DNA from: an uncultured Chloroflexia bacterium
GTDB taxonomy: Bacteria; Chloroflexota; Limnocylindria; Limnocylindrales; CSP1-4
DNA length: 64,000 bases
Assembly (NCBI GenBank): GCA_963763775.1
Contig: CAVXPZ010000003.1
Coordinates: 160,001 to 224,000 of the forward strand
Direction: 5' to 3'
Shown: in pieces, positions 19,119 to 29,312 of the stretch
Layout: every line of letters begins with the position of its first letter
How positions within the stretch are numbered: the first letter of the stretch is position 1
The notes under the pieces: model-generated
Seen by the model: the letters and a program-made list of their open reading frames with translations, nothing else
Databases searched by the model: none
What the model was told of the DNA's origin: nothing
Made by a program: the position numbers and the translations under genes

Positions 19119-19835
19119 ATGTTGAGCACGCCGCGGCCGCGGATCCTGCTCGTCGACGACGACCCGAGCCTGCTCGTGGCGCTCGCCGAACTGCTTCGCA
19201 ACGACGGGTTCGTCGTCACGACCGCGCGGGACGGCGATGAGGCGCTGCGTCGCCTCGACCAGGGCTGGCCGGACCTCCTGATCATCGATCTGCTGATGCC
19301 CCGCATGGACGGCCTCAGCCTCGCCCGCGAGATCAAGGCCCGGGCCGACCTGCCGATCATCGTGCTGTCGGCCATCGACGCCGGCGACAACAAGGCGGAC
19401 CTCCTCGACGAGTTCGCCGAGGACTACATCACCAAGCCGTACCACTATGCGGAGCTCCGCGCCCGGATCCACCGCGTGCTGCGCCGGGTGGGCGACCGTG
19501 TCCCGCGCCAGGCCGTCCGCGTGGGCCCGGACCTCGTCCTCGAGCTGCATCGCCGCCAGGCGGTCGTCGGCGGCCAGGAGGTCGCGCTCACGCCGACCGA
19601 GTCGCGCCTGCTGTTCGCCCTGGCGGCGAACATCGGGCGGACCGTCACCACGGAGACGCTGCTGTCGCGTGGCTGGGCCGAGACCGACGAGGCCGACCCG
19701 TCCTATGTGTGGGTCACGATGCGACGCCTCCGCCAGAAGATCGAGGTGGACCCGAATGCCCCGCGCCATCTGCTGACCGTGCGCGGCGTCGGCTACCGAC
19801 TCGTCGGCGAACCGACGACGGGAGGCACGCCCTGA
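19119..19835 (+). CDS. OmpR/PhoB-family response regulator
   Basis: ILLVDDD, DLLIIDLLMP, DYITKPY, winged helix LTPTESRLL...LLTVRGVGYRL. CATACT 7 nt upstream. Confidence 0.93.
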   Translation: MLSTPRPRILLVDDDPSLLVALAELLRNDGFVVTTARDGDEALRRLDQGWPDLLIIDLLMPRMDGLSLAREIKARADLPIIVLSAIDAGDNKADLLDEFAEDYITKPYHYAELRARIHRVLRRVGDRVPRQAVRVGPDLVLELHRRQAVVGGQEVALTPTESRLLFALAANIGRTVTTETLLSRGWAETDEADPSYVWVTMRRLRQKIEVDPNAPRHLLTVRGVGYRLVGEPTTGGTP

Positions 19836-19909
19836 GCGGCCCGCCCATCGGGGACGGCGCGACCGAACCGCCGCCGACGTCTCCGCCCACGGCCGACCCG
19901 GACTGGCCG

Positions 19910-21366
19910 ATGCTCGACCTCTCTCCGCCGACCCCACGACGGCCGCCGCGGGAACCGGCCCAGTCGCGGTTCTCCTACCAGACTCGCCTGACGCTCGCGA
20001 TCGTCGCGGCCGCCGTCGTCCCGCTCGGCGCTGTTCGGGATCCTGCTGATCGTGACCGGGACGCTGGACCCGCAGCTCGGTGGGCGCATCCTGCTGTTCG
20101 TCGTCGCGGTGACGGTCGTCCTCGCCATCGTCGTCGGGTACGCCCTGAGCCTGAGCCTCATCGAGCCGCTCCGGGACATCGCGGACGCCGTTCGACGCGT
20201 GAGCGATGGCGACCTGTCGCAGCCGATCCCGGTCAACGGCTCCGACGTGCTCGCCCAGCTCGCGGAGAGCCACAACCGGCTCGTGGCCGACGCGGAGCGT
20301 CGCAACCGTCAGCTCGGCATGATCCTCGCCGCCGTCGAGCGCGCCTCCCCCGAGGACGGGACGGAAGCCCTCGCCGACCGGGCGACACGCGACGCGGAGG
20401 AGATCTTCGAGCTCATCGCCGGCGCGATCACGTTCACCGACCCGAAGGCCGTGCCCGAGGTGGAACGCGTCCCCGGCGACCCCCTGACCGTCCGCGCGGA
20501 CATGCGCGTCGGCGACCAGCCGATCGGCGTGCTGATCGGGCGGCTGCCGGCGACGAGGACCTGGGAGCGTGCCGATCAGGCGCTCTTCGAGCTCTATGGG
20601 AGCGAGATCGCGGCCGCCGTCCGGAACGCCCAGCTGTTCGCGCAAGTCGAGGCCCAGAACGCCCAGCTCCGCCAGCTCGACGAGGCGAAGGACGACTTCC
20701 TCCGAGGCGTCAGCCACAACCTCCAGACGCCGCTGACGCGGATCAAGGCCAACGCCGAGGGCCTCGAGCGCACGGTCGACGACCCACGGCTCGGGAGCAT
20801 CAGCGACCAGGCGGACCGGCTGTCGCGGATGGTGGCGCAGCTGCTCCTGGTCGGCCGGCTCGGCTCGGGCCAGCTCCGGCCGCAGGCGGACGTCATCGCC
20901 GTCGGGGCGCGGATCCGACGCGCGTGGGACGCGCTCGCCGCGGAAGGCCGGGCGTTCGACCTCGACGACGCGTCGGGCGGCTGGCTGGCCGTCGCCGACG
21001 GCGACCAGCTCGACCAGGTCCTGTGGGCGCTCCTCGACAACGCGGTCAAGTACGGCGAGGGCGGCGTCGACGTCGCGATCGGCGCCGACGACGAGGGCCG
21101 CCGCGGTGTGGGCCACGATCACGTCCGGCGGGCCGGGTCTCACCGAGGCGGATCGCGAGTGGCTCTTCGAACGATTCGCCCGCGGTGCGACCGGTCGCGC
21201 GACCGGCGACGGGAGCGGTCTCGGCCTGTACGTCTCCCGGGCGCTGATGCGAGGCATGGACGGCGATCTCGACCTCGACCCCGCCGAGCCCGGACGTGGC
21301 GCTCGGTTCCGGCTGACCCTTCCCGGCGAGCCGCCACCGGTCGACGCGGAGTCCGGGCGTGGCTGA
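19910..21366 (+). CDS. Sensor histidine kinase (TM-HAMP-GAF-like-HisKA-HATPase), frameshifts near 20027 and 21100
   Basis: HAMP (PLRDIADAVRRVSDGDLS), H-box VSHNLQTPL, N-box LLDNAVKY, FERFARG, GSGLGLYVS. Start position uncertain. Confidence 0.82.
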
Positions 21367-21502
21367 GCGGAATTCTGTGGCGCGTTCGCGCACCACTGGT
21401 GCACCGAATCCACCACGGCGGCGACCGGAGCGGCGAGACTGTAGGGGACGCCGTGCGCACCCGCGGCTACGTACGACGACGCCCGACACCGAGGTCCAGA
21501 CG

Positions 21503-22490
21503 ATGACGGAACAAGAACGACGACGCCGACGGTCCGTGCACCTGCGGATCGGCGCGGTCCTGGCCCTCTGCCTGGTCGGCGCCGTGCCGGTCGTCGTCGC
21601 GATGGCCGCGTCACCCGACCCCGGTTCGTCGGCGCCGACCCGCGGCTCCTGCCGCCACCGCCGACCCGTCCGGCACCACGAGCAAGCCGGCCGGCGACGG
21701 CAAGGGCGGCCTCCGGCTCGACCTGCGCGGGTTCGGTGGCGGGATCGATCTCGGCCGCGGCGGGATCACGATCACCGCGATCAACGGCTCGAGCATCTCC
21801 CTCAAGACCGATGACGGCTGGACGCGGACGATCACGGTCACGCCGGACACCAAGATCCGGAAGGGCGGCCAGGACGCGACGGCCGCGGACCTCGCGGTTG
21901 GCGACAAGATCCGGCTCGCCCAGAAGCGCAACGACGACGGCACCTACACGGTGACCGCGATCGCGGTGCCGACGCCGAGGACGGGCGGCGAGGTCAGCGC
22001 CATCAGCGGCGACACGCTCACGCTGAAGCGTCGGAACGGCGAGACCCAGACGGTCACCCTGACCGGCTCCACCAAGTACACCTTCGGCAAGGATGCCGGG
22101 ACCAAGGCCGACGTCACGGTCGGGTCGCAGGTGACGGTCGAGGGCACGACGTCCGGGACCGACTTCACCGCACTCTCGGTCCACGTCCAGCCGACCGTCG
22201 TCGCCGGCGAGGTCACCGCCAAGACAGCCACCAGCCTGACGCTGAAGCAGCGCGACGGCTCGACGATCGTCGTCCATGTCTCGGCCGACACCAAGTACGG
22301 GCTCCGCGGCGGCAAGACCGGCGGACTGGCCGATATCGCCGTCGGCGACAAGGCGTGGGCCTCGGGCAAGACCCGCGGCGACGGCTCGCTCGATGCGACC
22401 GGCGTCGCCAACGGGTTCGGCCGTGGCAAGGGCGACCACAAGGACGCGAAGCCGGGTTCCTCGGCCGCACCGAGCGCGACGGCCGGCTGA
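21503..22490 (+). CDS. Exported protein with repeated OB-fold-like DUF5666-type domains, frameshift near 21640
   Basis: Signal/TM segment IGAVLALCLVGAVPVVVAMAA, then three repeats of the pattern G.ITAI.G..LTLK...T...DL.VGD.V. Confidence 0.65.
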
Positions 22491-22526
22491 TCGACGGCTT
22501 CGCCGTCAACGGTTACGATCGCTCGC

Positions 22527-23237
22527 GTGAGCTGGGACGCCGCGCCTGATCCGCGCCCGCAAGGACCGCCCAGCGGTCGTCGTGAGGCGGTCGAACTGAT
22601 CGGGACCCACCTGCGTCTCGATGGGGTCATCTCGCTCCATCGATTCAACCGCCTGTCCGACCTGATCAACTCGTCGAGCGGCTACGTCCGCATCCAGAAC
22701 GCCCGCCTGCTCCGGCGCAATGGCGACCCGACGACCCTGGTCCTCCCGGAGCTGATGGTCGACCAGGACGAGATCTCGTTCATCGCGGCCATCGAGGCGG
22801 ACGAGTCCATCGATGACGCGAACACGGCCCGACCGTTCGGCGGCGTCTCGGCGGACGACGGCAGCTCGAGACGGACGTCTGGGCCGGTCTCGGCGCCGCA
22901 GCACCCGGCGGTGGCGACGTCTGGGGCGCCCCGGGTGGCGGGACGCTCGTCCGGCGGCGGCGCCATCGAGCGTCCGCCGCGCGAGTTCGTGATGTTCACG
23001 CCGGGCCATTCGATCACCGGCAAGGTCCAGGTGTTCGGTGGAACGGACCTCGCGGGCTTCGTCGATGCGAGCGAGCCCCGGTTCGTCCCGGTGACGGATG
23101 TGGTCGCCCGCTCTCTGGCGGATCGCCGGATCATCAGCCACTTCTCGTTCGTGCTGATCAACCGGACGCACATGATCGCGGCGTCCGAGATCGGACGTTC
23201 CGGCGACATCAGCCACGAGGACGTCCCGGACCTCTAG
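22527..23237 (+). CDS. Hypothetical protein with two similar domains (DUF6812-like)
   Basis: Two halves (G.ISL..RLSDLIN..GYVRI.NA..; GKVQV..DLAGFVD..RFVPVTD) joined by a low-complexity linker. TACGAT 7 nt upstream. Confidence 0.6.
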   Translation: MSWDAAPDPRPQGPPSGRREAVELIGTHLRLDGVISLHRFNRLSDLINSSSGYVRIQNARLLRRNGDPTTLVLPELMVDQDEISFIAAIEADESIDDANTARPFGGVSADDGSSRRTSGPVSAPQHPAVATSGAPRVAGRSSGGGAIERPPREFVMFTPGHSITGKVQVFGGTDLAGFVDASEPRFVPVTDVVARSLADRRIISHFSFVLINRTHMIAASEIGRSGDISHEDVPDL

Positions 23238-23348
23238 GCGCGCCATCCGGGGCACGTGCCGGACGGCCGCGATGGTGTCTGCCGTCACCACGGGCGGTAG
23301 GTCGTGGTGCGCTTTGGTGGGGTCTGGACCCGTACTGATGGGCTAGCC

Positions 23349-23381
23349 GAAAGGTCCTGCGCAAGGTCCCGGTCCCATACT
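23349..23381 (+). promoter_or_regulatory. Tad-operon upstream motif, copy 3
   Basis: GAAAGGTcctgcGCAAGGTcccggtcccaTACT, with a CATACT -10-like element. Confidence 0.6.
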
Positions 23382-23467
23382 CGACCCCTGATGTCGTGCG
23401 CCGGGGGGCATGCGTCATCCATACGACGCCAACGCGTCGTCATCCTCGCGACCCAGGGACCCCCCGG

Positions 23468-25078
23468 ATGCCACACCTCGTCCCCACCGACGCCCCCACG
23501 CGTCGGCGCCGCCCGCTCCTCCCGACCGCCCGATCGACGTCCCGCCCGCGCGGGACCCGGCGCAGCCGTGGGCAGGCCCTCGTGGAACTCGCCCTCGTCA
23601 CGCCCCTCCTGTTGCTCCTCTTCGCCGCGGCCGCCGACCTCGGCCGTGCCTTCTATGCCTATGTCGCCGTCGAGAACGCCGCGAAGGAAGGCGCGCTCTT
23701 CGGCTCACGCGCGCCGCTCTGCGACGCCAGTACGGGCGGGGCGTGCACCGATCCGAACAACGTCACGTGGCATGTGCAGCAGGAGCTCCAGAACCTGCGT
23801 ATGCCCGACGGGACGACGCCGGTCCCGACGGTCCAGTGCCTCGATGCGAGCAACGGGGCACCCCGAACCGCGCTGAAGGACTGCGCCGAGGGCGATACCT
23901 ATGCCGTCGGCGTCCAGGTGCCGTTCAAGATGCTGACACCGGTCCTCGGCAGCCTCATCGGGAACCTTCAGATCGCGTCGACGTCGCGCGCGGTCGTCCT
24001 GAACCTCGCCTTCGACCCATCGCCGGGTTTGAGCGTCCAGAAGTTCGTGCAGCCTACCGGCGCCATCAATGCCTCGGCGATCACCTCGAAATGCCTCGAC
24101 CCAAACGACCGCGATGCGGCCGGCTACTACCGCAGCCCGTGCCTCGACCTCTCGACGCCGGATCCGACCGACAAGCTGTGGGTGCACTTCGAGCAAGGCG
24201 ACACGATCGCGTACAAGATCGCCTTGCGGAACACGGGGGCGCAGAACCTGTCCGGCATCACGGTCGTCGATTCGCGCGGCTCGACCGGTTGCTCCTTTCC
24301 CACGTCGCTCGCCGCGGGTTCCTCGGCCTTCACCTGCACCTACACAAGGACGGCGCCGACCGTTTCCGGCGTGCCCGACTCGATGGACTACGCGAACACC
24401 GTCACGGTGGACTCGTCCGGGACCTTGCCGTCGCAGGACGGCGTCACCGTCGTCGTCGAGCGCCCGCCAGCCGAGTTCCAGGTCCTCAAGTGGGTGAGCC
24501 CGTTCAAGGAAGGTGACGACGGCGACGGGACGCCCGGGTTCGGGACGCAACCCACGGTGGCCGTGAGCTACAGCGCGCAGATCCCGCAGCCCGCGGTCTG
24601 GTTCAAGGTCATCGTCCGGAATGTCGGAGGGCGGACGGCCAGCGCGGTCGCGATCGCCGACTCCCACGGGGCCCTGCCATACGGACAGAACAACGCCACG
24701 GCCGTCTGCGACGCGGCTCCGACGAGTCTGGCCGCGAACGGGATCTTCCAGTGCAGGTACCGCGTGACCTATGCCTCGGCGCAGGTGGCCACGAACACGG
24801 TGTCGGCGACGAGTCCGGACGTCACGCCCGACAGCAACGACACGGCCACCGCGACGGCCACGGTCACGGCGTGCACCGGCGCCACTCGGGTCGTGCCGGA
24901 CCTGATCGGCCTGGCCAAGGCCGCAGCCCAGACCGCCTGGACCAGCGCCGGGTTCACCGGCACCTTGTCCGTCTGGAGCGGTCAGCCGAGCGCCACGGTC
25001 GTGACCCAGACGCGCCCGGCGTACGGCTGCATCGCCGCCAACTCGACGATGACGATCGGAAGGACGACCACGCCATGA
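23468..25078 (+). CDS. TadE-like pilin fused to two Ig-like (DUF11/DUF7507-type) repeats and a C-terminal PASTA-like domain
   Basis: RGQALVELALVTP, ENAAKEGA. Repeats GDTIAYKIALRNTG..LSGITVVD and WFKVIVRNVG..VAIAD, each ending NTV. Tail VVPDLIGL..AAAQTAW..AGF. Confidence 0.78.
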   Translation: MPHLVPTDAPTRRRRPLLPTARSTSRPRGTRRSRGQALVELALVTPLLLLLFAAAADLGRAFYAYVAVENAAKEGALFGSRAPLCDASTGGACTDPNNVTWHVQQELQNLRMPDGTTPVPTVQCLDASNGAPRTALKDCAEGDTYAVGVQVPFKMLTPVLGSLIGNLQIASTSRAVVLNLAFDPSPGLSVQKFVQPTGAINASAITSKCLDPNDRDAAGYYRSPCLDLSTPDPTDKLWVHFEQGDTIAYKIALRNTGAQNLSGITVVDSRGSTGCSFPTSLAAGSSAFTCTYTRTAPTVSGVPDSMDYANTVTVDSSGTLPSQDGVTVVVERPPAEFQVLKWVSPFKEGDDGDGTPGFGTQPTVAVSYSAQIPQPAVWFKVIVRNVGGRTASAVAIADSHGALPYGQNNATAVCDAAPTSLAANGIFQCRYRVTYASAQVATNTVSATSPDVTPDSNDTATATATVTACTGATRVVPDLIGLAKAAAQTAWTSAGFTGTLSVWSGQPSATVVTQTRPAYGCIAANSTMTIGRTTTP

Positions 25079-25542
25079 CGCCCGAACGGACCCACCGGCG
25101 ACGTGGGCAATCCCTCGTCGAATTCGCCCTGGTCCTCCCGATCTTCGCCATCCTGCTGTTCGGCATCATCGACTTCGGCCGGTTCGTGTACGCGGCCAAC
25201 GCCCTGAACAACGGTGTCCGTGAGGGTGCCCGCTCCGGCTCCGTCACGATCCGACCGTCACCGCTTTGCGACGGTCTGAGCCGCGATGCGTGTGTCAAGG
25301 CGGTCGTCGCCAACCTCTCCTGGGGCGTCCCGGGCAGCTCGATCACCACGACGGTGACCTGTGAGCGCGTGGTCCCGAACAACCCGACGCCGCAGCCGGT
25401 CATCCCGATTTCGGGCTGCCGCACCAACGACCTGCTGCGGGTGAAGGCCACGGCGCCGTTCACGCTCGTGACACCGCTCATCGCGCAGTTCCTCGGCGGA
25501 CGGACGCTCTCCGGCGAAGCCCTGGTCACCGTGAACCAATGA
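25075..25542 (+). CDS. TadE-like minor pilin
   Basis: RGQSLVEFALVLPIFAILLFGIIDFG, VREGARSG, TPLIAQF. ATGA coupling. Confidence 0.88.
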   Translation: MTPERTHRRRGQSLVEFALVLPIFAILLFGIIDFGRFVYAANALNNGVREGARSGSVTIRPSPLCDGLSRDACVKAVVANLSWGVPGSSITTTVTCERVVPNNPTPQPVIPISGCRTNDLLRVKATAPFTLVTPLIAQFLGGRTLSGEALVTVNQ

Positions 25543-25592
25543 TCCGCGCCACCCGCCCTCTCGTCCCCTCGCGACCCTCGAAGGAGCCCCCG

Positions 25593-26696
25593 ATGCGCCT
25601 CGCCCGCTCTCCACGTTCCCGATCGCCACGCGGCCAGATCCTGGTGATCGTCGCGGGCGGCCTGATCGGACTGCTCGCCATCGGCGCGTTCGCCCTCGAG
25701 GGTGGCACGCTGGTCCTCAATCGTCGCGATGGGCAGAACGCCGCCGATCTCGCCTCCTTGGCCGGCACCCGGATGGTGGCCTTGAGCCACACGGCGTCGG
25801 CGACCGGCGCCGACGTGTTCACGGCCATCCAGGGGTCGCTGGACAGCAACGACTGCCATGCAGCTTCGGGGACGCCGTGCACCTGGACCGCGCGGTTCGT
25901 CGGGGCCGGCCTCGCCGACCTCGGGGCGGTCTCCGGCAGCGGGACCGTGCCAGGGGCGGCGCTCGGCGTGCGGGTCGGCGTCACCCGCCAGCCCGGCGCC
26001 ATGCTGGGCCGAATCCTCGGGTTCGACCACTGGACCGTCACGACCGAGGCCACGGCCATCGCCGCCGAGCCGTCCCAGTTCCCCACCGGGATCCTGCTCC
26101 CGATCGCCCTCTGCGGTTGGGGACAGACGGGCGTCAATGACTGTCTGCAGGCTTCGAACAGTCCGGCCAACGTCATCAAGTTCCAGCCCAACCAGATCTA
26201 CGACATCACGGACGGCATGGATGCCCCGGGCGGGTTCGGCTGGTTGTCCTGGACGGGATCGAACTCAGCGGGCGCCCTTTCAGACAGCATCTGCACCCCC
26301 GACAACATCGGTTTCTCCCTCGACAACCCGTTCAATTCCCCCGGTACCTACAGCGGGACGCCCGGGACCAACCCGGCGGACGGGGAGACATGGTTCCCCG
26401 CCGATCCCGGGAAGTCGAACAAGGCCTCGATGCGAGCCTGTCTCGACGGGTGGATCTCCAGTCGAGCGACCGTCCTCATCCCCGTCTACGACATCGTCAC
26501 GGGCAATGGCAACAACGCCGCGTATCACATCACCGGCGTCGCGGCGTTCGTCTTGACATCGCGGGAGCAGCCAGCCGTCGACAACATCCAGGGTTACTTC
26601 GTGCAGTACTACCCGTACACGGACGTCCCGGGTGGGCTGGGGACCCAGCCACCAGGGCCGGACGACACGACGTACTTCCTGGGTCTCGTGAAGTAG
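25593..26696 (+). CDS. Tad-domain (TadG-like) protein
   Basis: RGQILVIVAGG, RRDGQNAADLASLAG, PGGFGWLSW, VLIPVYD, YHITGVAAF. AAGGAG RBS (alternative start 25539). Confidence 0.8.
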   Translation: MRLARSPRSRSPRGQILVIVAGGLIGLLAIGAFALEGGTLVLNRRDGQNAADLASLAGTRMVALSHTASATGADVFTAIQGSLDSNDCHAASGTPCTWTARFVGAGLADLGAVSGSGTVPGAALGVRVGVTRQPGAMLGRILGFDHWTVTTEATAIAAEPSQFPTGILLPIALCGWGQTGVNDCLQASNSPANVIKFQPNQIYDITDGMDAPGGFGWLSWTGSNSAGALSDSICTPDNIGFSLDNPFNSPGTYSGTPGTNPADGETWFPADPGKSNKASMRACLDGWISSRATVLIPVYDIVTGNGNNAAYHITGVAAFVLTSREQPAVDNIQGYFVQYYPYTDVPGGLGTQPPGPDDTTYFLGLVK

Positions 26697-26703
26697 GGCC
26701 CGC

Positions 26704-27453
26704 TCAGACCGACGCGACGTCGCCCGGATCCACGAGGTCGACCGGTCCGTCGTAGGCGCTGCGGACCGAGGCGACCGCCGCGTTGCGGTCGAACCCCATC
26801 TGGAGATGGGTGAGCAGGACGCGGCTGACCCCACCGCGCGCGGCCAGGGCGCCGACCATCGGCCCGTCGAGGTGGGCCGCCCCGGGCGGGACCGGTCCGG
26901 GCCCGAAGCTCACCTCGGACAACAGCACGTCACCGGGTCTGATGAGCGGGTCGAGGTCCTCGGCTCGGCCGCAGTCGCCGGAGTAGACGAGGCCCGGCGC
27001 CGGACGGTCCGCCACGGACACGCGAAACCCGAGACTCGACTCCGTGTGCGTGACCCGCACCGTCTCCACGACGAACGGGCCGATCGCGATCGTCCCCGCC
27101 CCGAGATCGTCGACGTCGAGGGCCTCGGCGGTGAAGCCCGGCTCGTCGTGCAGGGCGTCGAGCCGAGCGGCCAGCCCGGGTGGCGCGAGCACATGGACGC
27201 GCCGTCCGCGCGGCGGCTCCCACCGGAGGTAGTGCCGAAGGGCGACCAAGTCGATGAAGTGATCCGGGTGGAGGTGGCTGATCAGGACCGCGTCGAGGTC
27301 GGCCGGGTCCAGCCGGCTCGCGACACCGGGGAACGCGCCTTGTCCGAGGTCGAGCAGGATGGCATGGCCTGAATGGCGCACCAGGTACGCCGCCCCGATC
27401 GCACCGGGTCGGTCGGTGTAGGACGGCCCGGCGCCGATGACCACGAGATCCAC
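26704..27453 (-). CDS. MBL-fold metallo-hydrolase (RNase Z/phosphodiesterase-like)
   Basis: LLDLGQG, SHLHPDH, YSGDCG, AHLD, LLTHL. Confidence 0.88.
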   Translation of the reverse strand: MDLVVIGAGPSYTDRPGAIGAAYLVRHSGHAILLDLGQGAFPGVASRLDPADLDAVLISHLHPDHFIDLVALRHYLRWEPPRGRRVHVLAPPGLAARLDALHDEPGFTAEALDVDDLGAGTIAIGPFVVETVRVTHTESSLGFRVSVADRPAPGLVYSGDCGRAEDLDPLIRPGDVLLSEVSFGPGPVPPGAAHLDGPMVGALAARGGVSRVLLTHLQMGFDRNAAVASVRSAYDGPVDLVDPGDVASV

Positions 27454-27492
27454 GGTCCGTAGCCTAGCGGGCCGACCACATGGTCCGTGCGG

Positions 27493-28563
27493 TCAACCGC
27501 CAGCGTCCGACGCGCCGCCCTTGCCATTGCCGTTGCCCTGGCCGTTGCCGCTCGCCTTGCCGTTGCCGTTCGCGGACCCGTTGGCCTTCGCCGCGTGACC
27601 GTTCGCGTTGCCGTTCGCCTTGCCGTTGCCGTTGGCGCAGCCCCACTCGGAGCTCGTGGCGGAGCCGTGCCCGTTCGCGTTGCCGTTCGCAGCGCCGTTG
27701 CGGTTCGCAGCGCCGTTGCCGGGCGCGTCGGGCGCCGTCGCCGGCTGCTGACCGAGGTGCTTCCCGTTGTCCTTGCCGGGCCTCGAGGCCGGTGCATCCG
27801 GGTGGTCCGTCGAGGGCCCGTGGGACAAGGAGCCCGGGGCCGTCGCCGGGGCGTCCGGTCGGGAGCGCCCCGGCGCCACCGGGGGTACGACCTTCGGCAG
27901 GAGGGTCAGGAGTCGGTCGCGTGCAGCCGCGGGCGCCGCCGCGACGATGGACACGAGGGCGGCGTCCGAGTTCGCGAGGTCCGTCCGCAAGACGCCCAGC
28001 GCAGCGTCGTCGCCGCTGGCCTCGTTCGTCGACTCCCGAACGATCGATGCGTACGCCTCGATGCTTGCGAGCGTGGCATCGGCATCGCCGGCGGCGACCG
28101 CGCGGCGCGCCTCGTCGAGCCGCCGCTCGAGGCGCGTGATCTCGGCGTCCACCCGGGCCTGACCGGCAGCCGGCAGGGTCAGGTATTCGGTGAGCAGGCG
28201 CGCGGGATAGAGCGGGCCCCCGGGCCGTGCCGCGAGCGCCGATCCAGCGAGCATCGACACCATCAGGCACGCTGCGGCGACCGCGCTCATCGGTCGGACC
28301 CAGCGCGAGCTCCAGCGCGCCGCCGCGACCGGGCGGTGGCGACCGAACGCTGTCGATCGCGACGTGACCGCGACGGTGCGGGGCCGTCGACTGACGGGGG
28401 CACCAAGGTCCGTCTGGACCTGCGCGGCGATGGCCGCCAGGACGGCGGCTCGCGTCTGCGACGTCGCCTCGCGTGACGGCGCCAGTCGGGCCGTGGCGAA
28501 TGCGTCCAGCCGGCGCTCGAGCTCGAGGTCGGCCGGGAATCCCAGGGGCATGTCGGTCGCCAT
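27493..28563 (-). CDS. DUF5667-like membrane protein with Asn/Gly-rich tail, putative anti-sigma factor
   Basis: TM helix followed by AARPGGPLYPARLLTE and helical ERRLDEA. Tail of GNGKANGNANG repeats. Directly downstream of an ECF gene. Confidence 0.65.
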   Translation of the reverse strand: MATDMPLGFPADLELERRLDAFATARLAPSREATSQTRAAVLAAIAAQVQTDLGAPVSRRPRTVAVTSRSTAFGRHRPVAAARWSSRWVRPMSAVAAACLMVSMLAGSALAARPGGPLYPARLLTEYLTLPAAGQARVDAEITRLERRLDEARRAVAAGDADATLASIEAYASIVRESTNEASGDDAALGVLRTDLANSDAALVSIVAAAPAAARDRLLTLLPKVVPPVAPGRSRPDAPATAPGSLSHGPSTDHPDAPASRPGKDNGKHLGQQPATAPDAPGNGAANRNGAANGNANGHGSATSSEWGCANGNGKANGNANGHAAKANGSANGNGKASGNGQGNGNGKGGASDAGG

Positions 28564-29177
28564 CAGTTGGTCCGATCCCCGGCCAGGCCGGAAGCGAGAC
28601 CGCCGGCCAGCACCTCGGCGGCCGTCCTGGGATCGTCGATCCCGAGCTCGCGTCGGAGCGACGCGATGGCACGGAATTGGAGGCCTCGGATCGTCCCCTC
28701 CTGCTTGCCCATGGCGAGCGCCGCTTCCCGAGCCGAGAGCCCGGCGAAGAACCGCAGCGAGATGGCGTCGCGCTGGTCGTCGGTCAGCGTGGCCAGGGCC
28801 ACGCCGACAGCATCGATCTCCTGACGGACGACGAGGAGGTCGTCGGGGCCGGGCTCAGGCTTGGCCCACTCCGCGACGGCGTCGAGGGCCACGTGCTCGC
28901 GACGCGTGCGAACGAAGTCGATGACGGCGTTCCGCGCCAACCGGAAGAGCCAGCCGGCGAACGGGACACCGCGACGCTCGTACCTGGGGAGCGCCTCGAA
29001 CGCCTTGACGAACACGAGCTGCGTCAGATCCTCCACGTCGGCCGGACGCCGGACGCGGCTGGCGATATAGCGGTGGACCGGTCCATGGAAACGGTCGAAC
29101 AGGCGGCCGAAGGACTCGACATCGCCGGCCTGCGCCGCGTCGACGAGCTGCTCGATGGCGGCCTCGTCGCGCGTCAT
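28563..29177 (-). CDS. ECF sigma-70 factor
   Basis: AAQAGDVESFGRLFD, VEDLTQLVF, FAGWLFRLARN, EAALAMGKQEGTIRGLQFRA. Confidence 0.93.
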   Translation of the reverse strand: MTRDEAAIEQLVDAAQAGDVESFGRLFDRFHGPVHRYIASRVRRPADVEDLTQLVFVKAFEALPRYERRGVPFAGWLFRLARNAVIDFVRTRREHVALDAVAEWAKPEPGPDDLLVVRQEIDAVGVALATLTDDQRDAISLRFFAGLSAREAALAMGKQEGTIRGLQFRAIASLRRELGIDDPRTAAEVLAGGLASGLAGDRTN

Positions 29178-29312
29178 CCCTCGGACTCGGCGGGTGGGTG
29201 GAGCGGCATGGTGGCACCATCCTGCCAGAAGATCGCCGACCTGCCGTCGATCCGCTGGTGCGGTCCGGTCGGGTCCAGCCAGAACGTGGTGCTCCGTCGC
29301 ACCACGCGCGGG

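Noticed and set aside
18531-22439. 1302-aa minus-strand ORF and many other long antisense or alternate-frame ORFs
   Set aside because: Shadow ORFs of high-GC DNA overlapping genes with clear motifs on the other strand or frame.
23335-23385. c-di-GMP-I riboswitch resemblance (GAAA loop, GCAAGG..CCGG)
   Set aside because: The stems are too short, the fold is not shared by all three copies, and the motif lies upstream of the putative -10. An Rfam scan would settle it.
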